Of a stretch of 64,000 nucleotides of DNA, positions 58,661 to 64,000 are shown piece after piece (the stretch's first letter is position 1; each line of letters begins with the position of its first letter). Made by a program: the position numbers and the translations under genes. The stretch lies in the IMG/VR virus record IMGVR_UViG_3300002835_000017; one strand, written 5' to 3'. The stretch comes from a virus. The notes beneath the pieces are model-generated. The model made no database searches. It saw only the letters and a program-made list of their open reading frames with translations, and was not told where the DNA came from.

Positions 58661-58959
58661 AAAGATTTGATTATATCATCGATTCGTTTACACTGCTCAA
58701 AAATTTCAAAATCTAGCATTCTCTGATGTATCCAATCCAATATTGAACTATATTCTTCCTTTTTAACGGTAACGTATGCAGGTACTCCTTCAAACCTAAA
58801 TACAACTAATTCTTTAGTTCCTTTAATTTTTTTGAAAACTTCGATTAAATCGATAATCTTAATCATCTGCTCTGCATTCATTTCTATCTTACTAATATAT
58901 TCTTTCCAATCCAATTGGATGTAACTTCTTTCTAGGCTAGATAAAACTTTGGCATTCAT
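58657..58959 (-). CDS. Hypothetical protein
   Basis: 100 aa; promoter at 58984-59014. Confidence 0.6.
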   Translation of the reverse strand: MNAKVLSSLERSYIQLDWKEYISKIEMNAEQMIKIIDLIEVFKKIKGTKELVVFRFEGVPAYVTVKKEEYSSILDWIHQRMLDFEIFEQCKRIDDIIKSL

Positions 58960-58983
58960 ATAGATGTAGATGATTAGAGTATA

Positions 58984-59062
58984 ACAATATACTAATAATT
59001 ATTAAATTTTCCAAAATAACTGATTAAAAGCTTGTTTTTTATTTTCATTTTTTGTACATTGG
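58984..59062. promoter_or_regulatory. Back-to-back Bacteroidota-type promoters (minus TTGG-N19-TATATTGT; plus TTGT-N19-TACATTGG)
   Basis: Both have the exact 19-nt spacer and sit at the strand switch. Confidence 0.65.
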
Positions 59063-59086
59063 ATTTGTTATGAAATAATACACTAT

Positions 59087-59239
59087 ATGAAAAACGAAAC
59101 GGATATTCTAATAGAAATTGCAGAGTTAGAGGTTGAACTGGCACGAGAAATGCGGGAAGATATTCTACATGATATCAACATACTAAAAATAAGAACGGCA
59201 ATTGCTACACTCCAATGGGTGTTAGGAGTTGAAAAATAA
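59087..59239 (+). CDS. Small early protein (50 aa; absent from ORF track)
   Basis: MKNETDILIEIAELE...IRTAIATLQWVLGVEK downstream of a promoter. Confidence 0.6.
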   Translation: MKNETDILIEIAELEVELAREMREDILHDINILKIRTAIATLQWVLGVEK

Positions 59240-59253
59240 ATGTTAGAAAAAGC

Positions 59254-59284
59254 TAGGATTATTCGGTCTTTTTTCGTAGATTAG
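59254..59284 (+). promoter_or_regulatory. Promoter TAGG-N19-TAGATTAG
   Basis: Same geometry as the other copies; upstream of 59322. Confidence 0.55.
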
Positions 59285-59321
59285 TAGAGTAATAATAGTT
59301 AAACCCCTAACCCCAAATCGT

Positions 59322-59531
59322 ATGTATAATTACAAAACTTACACCAAAGCCCAACTAATCGAATTAGTTAACTCAATTGAATCCACTATCCACTCTACAT
59401 TGATGGCAGCAGAACCTGCTTCGAGGGAACACTCTTCCGAACTCCTTTCCCAACTGGCATTTGAGACTGGGTATCTGAAAGGTGGATTAAAGAGTGTAAT
59501 ATCACACATCCAAGCTGCAAAAAAATATTAA
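59322..59531 (+). CDS. Small early hypothetical protein
   Basis: 69 aa with its own promoter. Confidence 0.6.
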   Translation: MYNYKTYTKAQLIELVNSIESTIHSTLMAAEPASREHSSELLSQLAFETGYLKGGLKSVISHIQAAKKY

Positions 59532-59560
59532 AAATAATCCAAAAATATTTTCACAAGCTC

Positions 59561-59591
59561 TTGGAATTGTGAGAAACTTTTCGTACATTTA
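59561..59591 (+). promoter_or_regulatory. Promoter TTGG-N19-TACATTTA
   Basis: Upstream of 59630. Confidence 0.65.
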
Positions 59592-59629
59592 TAGAGTAAT
59601 AAGAGATAACCCCTAAAACCCCCCTAAAA

Positions 59630-60214
59630 ATGAGTAAGAAAATGAAATTCGGATTTAACAAAATGACTTTTGAACTTCCATCTGCTTCCCTACAGACCAA
59701 AAAATGGGATAACAACAAACCGTTTATTAATATGAATGCTAAAAACACTGCGAGTGTGATTAAGCAATACGCAAAACAAAAGTACGGAAACTCCATAGTA
59801 GTTTGGGCTAATTCCGATGTCTATAGTGGTGGTTCTTCAGTACGAATCAATGTGAGTAAAGCAGATGGTTCTCCAGTCTCCACCAACATCTACAACGATA
59901 TCCAACTATTCTCCTACAACTTCAAAGCTGGTAGATTCGATGGAATGTACGATTGTTACGAATACAGAGAAGATAAGGTTACTACAGATAACGGAACTGA
60001 TTTAGATTACTTCCCATCTTACATCTTCGTAGAAAATAAACCAAAGTGGGATTCAGTAGAATACTGGTTGAATGAGTGGAATACCTTTGACCCTTCTAAC
60101 TACTCTAGACCTATGGTAGGTAATACTCTTTGGGAGCAGTTTATGAACTTCAACTCCTCCTATTGGAAGAAAGGAACTTTGGAATCCCTAACCAAAGTAT
60201 TAGTAAAAGCATAA
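59630..60214 (+). CDS. Early protein with LPD29-like (large polyvalent protein) domain
   Basis: ASVIKQYAK..SDVYSGGSSVRI..F.AG.FDGMYDCYEY. Confidence 0.6.
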   Translation: MSKKMKFGFNKMTFELPSASLQTKKWDNNKPFINMNAKNTASVIKQYAKQKYGNSIVVWANSDVYSGGSSVRINVSKADGSPVSTNIYNDIQLFSYNFKAGRFDGMYDCYEYREDKVTTDNGTDLDYFPSYIFVENKPKWDSVEYWLNEWNTFDPSNYSRPMVGNTLWEQFMNFNSSYWKKGTLESLTKVLVKA

Positions 60215-60227
60215 CACATATTTTTTA

Positions 60228-60263
60228 TCGGCGGGGGTTGGGGGACCTCCGTCGAACTTTTTT
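60228..60263 (+). terminator. Intrinsic terminator of the + strand early cluster
   Basis: TCGGCGGGGGT-TGGGGG-ACCTCCGTCGA-ACTTTTTT. Confidence 0.75.
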
Positions 60264-60292
60264 AAGAAAAATTTTTATACCTCAATTGATAG

Positions 60293-60991
60293 TTATATTA
60301 ATCTCACCTTTTTTCTAATTTTTTTTATTTTCGGTAGTTCCAGTATTTTTCTATCACATATATAATCATAGTATTTAGTTTCTTCCTCTATAGCATTTAG
60401 TATCCTAGACCATATCTCGGGAAACACTATCTTTATGGAATTGATTATATCCGTACGAGAAGGACCGTATTTCGAAAAATTATAATCGGATGGAGTGTAT
60501 GCACCAGTAGCACCAACAATACCATTTTTAGCAAGAAAACGGGTTAAATCCCTTAATGGAACTATTTGTATATTTGGTCTCATTTGAAACAAATACCACA
60601 ATCCCTTATATAGTGTGGGTGACCAATGTCCCGTTCCAAATGTAGTATATTCCAATAACCATTCCCTTAATTCCAAATTAGTAGAAATAAACCCACCACC
60701 ATCTTTTATTAAATTTTTATGATGTCCGGATATATCGGTATGTAATGCGGCTTGTAATAAATCAATCGGCTCCCTTAATATTATATGTGTAATGGGTAGT
60801 TTCCAATAATGGAATATATGTTCCGAAGGAATCATTATTTTGTTATGATTTTCCGTATCGTTTATAAACTCATCCCAATCCAACGGAAATTGTGTATTTA
60901 ATTGTGTTTTAATATCTAATAACTTATCTATATGACGGCTACCACATTTTGCGGGAACTAACCAAGAGTTATTATATAGTGTTAAATCCAC
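60293..60991 (-). CDS. Sulfotransferase family 2-like protein
   Basis: PAKCGSR, ILREP, GHWSP. Confidence 0.55.
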   Translation of the reverse strand: MDLTLYNNSWLVPAKCGSRHIDKLLDIKTQLNTQFPLDWDEFINDTENHNKIMIPSEHIFHYWKLPITHIILREPIDLLQAALHTDISGHHKNLIKDGGGFISTNLELREWLLEYTTFGTGHWSPTLYKGLWYLFQMRPNIQIVPLRDLTRFLAKNGIVGATGAYTPSDYNFSKYGPSRTDIINSIKIVFPEIWSRILNAIEEETKYYDYICDRKILELPKIKKIRKKVRLI

Positions 60992-61110
60992 CTCTTATCC
61001 CTCCGAAGTAACCAGATGGGAAAGTATACCAACCCAGTCACGATAACTGCTCCTGCCCCCAAAAGAATGAGTGTAGAGCCCAATGCGAATTTAACCCAGC
61101 TTATCATCAT
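60982..61110 (-). CDS. 42-aa single-pass membrane peptide (absent from ORF track)
   Basis: MMISWVKFALGSTLILLGAGAVIVTGLVYFPIWLLRRDKRWI; ATGA coupling to the upstream gene. Confidence 0.5.
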   Translation of the reverse strand: MMISWVKFALGSTLILLGAGAVIVTGLVYFPIWLLRRDKRWI

Positions 61111-62063
61111 CCTCTTCTCATACTTTCAGTTATTCTTCTATTCCTTTCTAAATCTCCTATCACTGTATTTAATTCCGTTACCACTTCGGTTGTAGCTAAC
61201 GATGAACTCATAGGTGTAACGGAGGGAGTTACTTCAGTAGAGGTTGGAGTTTGGAGTACCCCAACGGTTTCGGTTTCCTTTCTCACCGATTGTCGAGGAG
61301 GGGATTCTTGTGTCCCCTCTGTAGATGCTACCCGATTCTGAATCTGAATCTTACCCTTATTAATCGGTGGTAATCCGTTATAGAACGTATCCTTTATAGA
61401 ATTAAAATCCTTTCTTAATCCTGATAACCTCTCACCTAATGACCCCAAAAATTCTTTGAGTTTGGCAGTATCCAATTTGCCATCCTCCTGCGCAGTAGAT
61501 ACGTTTAGAGCCTGTATAGAGTATAAAGTATCATCCCCCAAATTCATATCCCATAGAGAGTAAGAATCTCCGGGTCTTTGTGCTCCTTCCTTTAGAGTGT
61601 AGTTCAATTGGTTAATCAAACCTTTGGGAATTCCCATTTCCAATTCCGTTTCGTATATGTACTCTACGGATTCCACCCCTGCGTTTAGGATTTTTTGGTC
61701 CTGCTCATCCCCACTCTTCACTAACTTCGATACATCTATCTTTATGATTGGGATGGAACTACCGATTGTCTTTCCTTTAATCGTGCCGTTTTGCTGGAAA
61801 TCCCAATGAGGGTTAGATGATAATCCGATTTGTAGGTTTGTTGCTGGTGAAATTAGGTACTTATCATCAATCTGAATCACAATCCCATCAACTTCTAATA
61901 CTGTATAAATCGATGAGTTAGGAATTGCCTCTCCTTTGGGTATGGTTAGTGGAACAATCTCTCCGTTTACATTACCGTTGGGTGAATCCGAAACAGAGGA
62001 AATCTGCCAACCATCGTTAGTACGAATATATCTGTTTGGGTTTTGTACTGGTCTTACTTCCAT
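61107..62063 (-). CDS. Hypothetical protein
   Basis: 318 aa ORF. Confidence 0.6.
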   Translation of the reverse strand: MEVRPVQNPNRYIRTNDGWQISSVSDSPNGNVNGEIVPLTIPKGEAIPNSSIYTVLEVDGIVIQIDDKYLISPATNLQIGLSSNPHWDFQQNGTIKGKTIGSSIPIIKIDVSKLVKSGDEQDQKILNAGVESVEYIYETELEMGIPKGLINQLNYTLKEGAQRPGDSYSLWDMNLGDDTLYSIQALNVSTAQEDGKLDTAKLKEFLGSLGERLSGLRKDFNSIKDTFYNGLPPINKGKIQIQNRVASTEGTQESPPRQSVRKETETVGVLQTPTSTEVTPSVTPMSSSLATTEVVTELNTVIGDLERNRRITESMRRG

Positions 62064-62376
62064 TTTCTTTTGTTGATTTTTTTAAGGAGTTGATAGTTTT
62101 CATCGCCTCTTTATATATAGTTAGTTCGGATACTTTCCGCTTACCCTTACTCTTTCTGATTCTATAGAGTTCCCTTTGTAGGGTCTTATATTCTCCGATG
62201 TTAATACATTGGGTGATGATTTTGTTAATCATCAAGTCTGAACTCATCCTTTTGTAGGTAAGTTTATCAACCTCATCTATCGAATCTGTTATAGGGGAAA
62301 ATCTCACCATACTGGCAACACCTACAGATACTCCGAATTCGTTTGCCGTCTTTATGTAAGTTTCTGATTTTAACAT
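62017..62376 (-). CDS. Hypothetical basic protein
   Basis: 119 aa ORF. Confidence 0.5.
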   Translation of the reverse strand: MLKSETYIKTANEFGVSVGVASMVRFSPITDSIDEVDKLTYKRMSSDLMINKIITQCINIGEYKTLQRELYRIRKSKGKRKVSELTIYKEAMKTINSLKKSTKENGSKTSTKPKQIYSY

Positions 62377-62392
62377 CGTATTATTTGATTAG

Positions 62393-62545
62393 TTAATCTA
62401 CTCTTCTTTTCGTTTGGTAAAATGTGTATGCTCTACTTTGGAATCCCGCATTACCACATCTCGTTAGGTAATCCTCATCCGATTCTCCATCCTTTCGAAC
62501 ACATACTTTCTCAAATACTTTAATCAATAGTTCTCTTAATCTCAT
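62393..62545 (-). CDS. 50-aa protein, possible internal head protein (absent from ORF track)
   Basis: MRLRELLIKVFE leader; KDGESDEDYLTRC. Confidence 0.5.
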   Translation of the reverse strand: MRLRELLIKVFEKVCVRKDGESDEDYLTRCGNAGFQSRAYTFYQTKRRVD

Positions 62546-62772
62546 ACCAATATATATCAGATTAGGTAAAAAGAAATCGGTTCATATAGGGTTTGATGTG
62601 TCAACATTCCTGTCAAAAAAGGGTTTCCCCCACAAAAAAAGTCCCCCCGGTATGCAAGCGGGTCCGACTGGGGTTTTGGGTGTTCATCGATTCCTAGTTA
62701 CACGAAACTCGACCAACCCCTATCCGTATATTCGTTTATCCGATTATGCGATTATAGTGTGGATTGGGCATG

Positions 62773-62801
62773 AAAAAACCGGCAGACTCTCATCTACCGG
62801 T
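62773..62801 (-). terminator. Intrinsic terminator
   Basis: ACCGGTAGA-TGAGAG-TCTGCCGGT-TTTTT. Confidence 0.8.
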
Positions 62802-62821
62802 GTTTACGAATGCGAAGCGTG

Positions 62822-63013
62822 TTACCCCAAAACTTCTTTCAACATTCGAATAGCTGCTCTTAATTCGGTTAACCTCTCGCTCGCGGCGTACTTTGGTTTA
62901 CCATCTCTCATTACCCTAATTCTATTAACGAGGACAGACTCTGCACTCTCTAATACTATAAGGGCTTCATGCCTACGGGTGAGGACTTCTTCTACTTCTA
63001 TAAAGTTGTTCAT
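62822..63013 (-). CDS. Small early hypothetical protein (start revised to MNNF)
   Basis: 63 aa ending LRAAIRMLKEVLG, followed by a terminator. Confidence 0.55.
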   Translation of the reverse strand: MNNFIEVEEVLTRRHEALIVLESAESVLVNRIRVMRDGKPKYAASERLTELRAAIRMLKEVLG

Positions 63014-63053
63014 AATTAAGTATATTATATTTTGTATGTTTTTCAAAAACAAT

Positions 63054-63083
63054 AAAGGTGGCAGTCAGAAACCACCACCTTTT
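63054..63083. terminator. Hairpin, possibly a bidirectional terminator
   Basis: AAAGGTGG..CCACCTTT. Confidence 0.5.
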
Positions 63084-63151
63084 AGGCCTAGCTCATAGTG
63101 TAATAAGAATTGTATTTAAATCGAGAATAACCAGTTATATGAGCTAACCTA

Positions 63152-63193
63152 GAGTGGAGTGGGGATTCGAACCCCAGCTTACCTCTCTCCACT
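63152..63193 (-). ncRNA. tRNA-like mini-element (acceptor stem + T-arm; no D stem or anticodon arm)
   Basis: AGTGGAG-AGAGGTAAGC-TGGGG-TTCGAAT-CCCCA-CTCCACT-C. Confidence 0.6.
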
Positions 63194-63366
63194 TACTCTA
63201 CTACTGGTTGTGCTACAGGAGCTTCAGCAGCGGTAGTATCTACTGTAGTTACTGCGGTTGTATCTACTGCTACTGCAGTCGAGTCCGTAGTACCTTCTGT
63301 AGTACCCTTACCTCCACATGCTACCATAAGGGATGCGAGGGCTAACATTGCGATTACTTTTTTCAT
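63193..63366 (-). CDS. Small Bacteroidota-type lipoprotein (start revised to MKKV)
   Basis: MKKVIAMLALASLMVA-C lipobox; T/A/D-rich tail with DST, DTT, DTT. Confidence 0.8.
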   Translation of the reverse strand: MKKVIAMLALASLMVACGGKGTTEGTTDSTAVAVDTTAVTTVDTTAAEAPVAQPVVE

Positions 63367-63430
63367 CTTGTTATTAGTTTGTATAGTGAGTCCGTTAATA
63401 TAGGTGGTACTCATTACCTATTTGAGATTA

Positions 63431-63461
63431 CAAATATACGAAGAATATTTCACATTTCCAA
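63431..63461 (-). promoter_or_regulatory. Promoter TTGG-N19-TATATTTG
   Basis: Perfect TAnnTTTG. Confidence 0.7.
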
Positions 63462-63464
63462 GAC

Positions 63465-63860
63465 CTATGTTCTGAAATGTGCATTGAATTGGGAGTTTGA
63501 TTTCAATCTATGTGCCCACCCATTGGAACGCTTACTATAGGTAGGGGTGATTTTAGCGTTTAGGCTCATATTGGATATCTGTCCGATACCATCCCACGAG
63601 GATTCCCACTTAATAGGGAGTACACCTTCTTTAAGGAATATACTAGTCAGATGTGGGTTAACATAAGGTGAGTCCACCACACCAGTGAATGCGATATCTT
63701 GTGTAGATACCTTACGGAAGATGTTCTTACGATTCTCCTTATCTACCTCCATAAACATCGTAGTTCTGGAGTTTGCCTTAATCAATTTAAGGACTTTACT
63801 AGCGACCTTGCCATCTTTGCCGACCACTACATTGACCATTTGTCCAACTGGTATTGCCAT
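63465..63860 (-). CDS. Early hypothetical protein
   Basis: 131 aa; promoter TTGG-N19-TATATTTA at 63880-63910. Confidence 0.6.
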   Translation of the reverse strand: MAIPVGQMVNVVVGKDGKVASKVLKLIKANSRTTMFMEVDKENRKNIFRKVSTQDIAFTGVVDSPYVNPHLTSIFLKEGVLPIKWESSWDGIGQISNMSLNAKITPTYSKRSNGWAHRLKSNSQFNAHFRT

Positions 63861-64000
63861 ATCTTATCTTATTACGGTATAAATATACGAAATTAATTCC
63901 ATTATTCCAAGTACATTGAAAAATTTAATGTCCAAGGGTACGATTTACGTTATCTAGGTATATCCCATCTATCTTCGGCTGGCTCTGGTTACTTAACCAA

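Noticed and set aside
62727-62734. TATATTCG as another early promoter
   Set aside because: No TTG/TAG element at the 19-nt spacing and no credible downstream gene.
62598-63098. 166-aa + strand ORF from the track
   Set aside because: GTG start, runs through terminator hairpins and antisense to 62822..63013, with no recognisable motifs.
63152-63193. Canonical tRNA gene
   Set aside because: Only 10 nt lie between the acceptor stem and T-arm, and there is no anticodon arm. Reported as a tRNA-like element instead.
1-64000. Stop-codon reassignment as in some large Bacteroidota phages
   Set aside because: Long genes are intact under code 11, and TAG and TGA both end genes at tight junctions (e.g. 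3367, 13570, 479).
1-64000. Cellular (bacterial) capsule locus or eukaryotic giant virus origin
   Set aside because: gp6/gp25-like baseplate genes, an S74 tail fibre, a T7-like resolvase and a sigma factor indicate a tailed phage; no cellular housekeeping operons or NCLDV core genes are visible.

Overview
This 64 kb AT-rich window is part of a large contractile-tailed (myovirus-like, jumbo-type) dsDNA phage genome in standard genetic code, with almost all genes on the minus strand. The host is probably Bacteroidota: there are 12 copies of a T(T/A)GN-N19-TAnnTT(T)G promoter, no Shine-Dalgarno motifs, and a Bacteroidota-style lipoprotein. Layout: (1) 1-12.8 kb, a glycan-modification cluster with three GT7 (beta-1,4-galactosyltransferase-like) paralogues that each carry a LamG domain inserted inside the catalytic fold, plus GT2-like, GT4, two GT10/GT47-like, methyltransferase, SGNH and radical SAM genes. 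(2) 12.8-18.8 kb, a tail fibre with an S74 chaperone. (3) 19.8-24.4 kb, an Mre11-Rad50 fusion, primase and resolvase. (4) 24.6-42 kb, the baseplate/virion module. (5) 42-49.7 kb, carbamoyltransferase, late-type sigma factor, peptide deformylase, UvsE, Hsp20 and an HD protein. (6) 49.7-57.1 kb, a second modification cluster built around an ATP-grasp-like protein with three tandem Hint domains; its enzymes share a basic-x-L/I-L/I C-terminal tail. (7) 57-64 kb, phoH, gmhA-like and small early genes, including a 41-nt tRNA-like element. The best candidates for undescribed biology are the triple-Hint peptide-release cassette with its tagged tailoring enzymes, and a possible virion glycosylation system (GT7-LamG enzymes plus [ST]-G-S motifs concentrated in virion proteins). 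All family calls come from motif recognition by eye; no searches were run.
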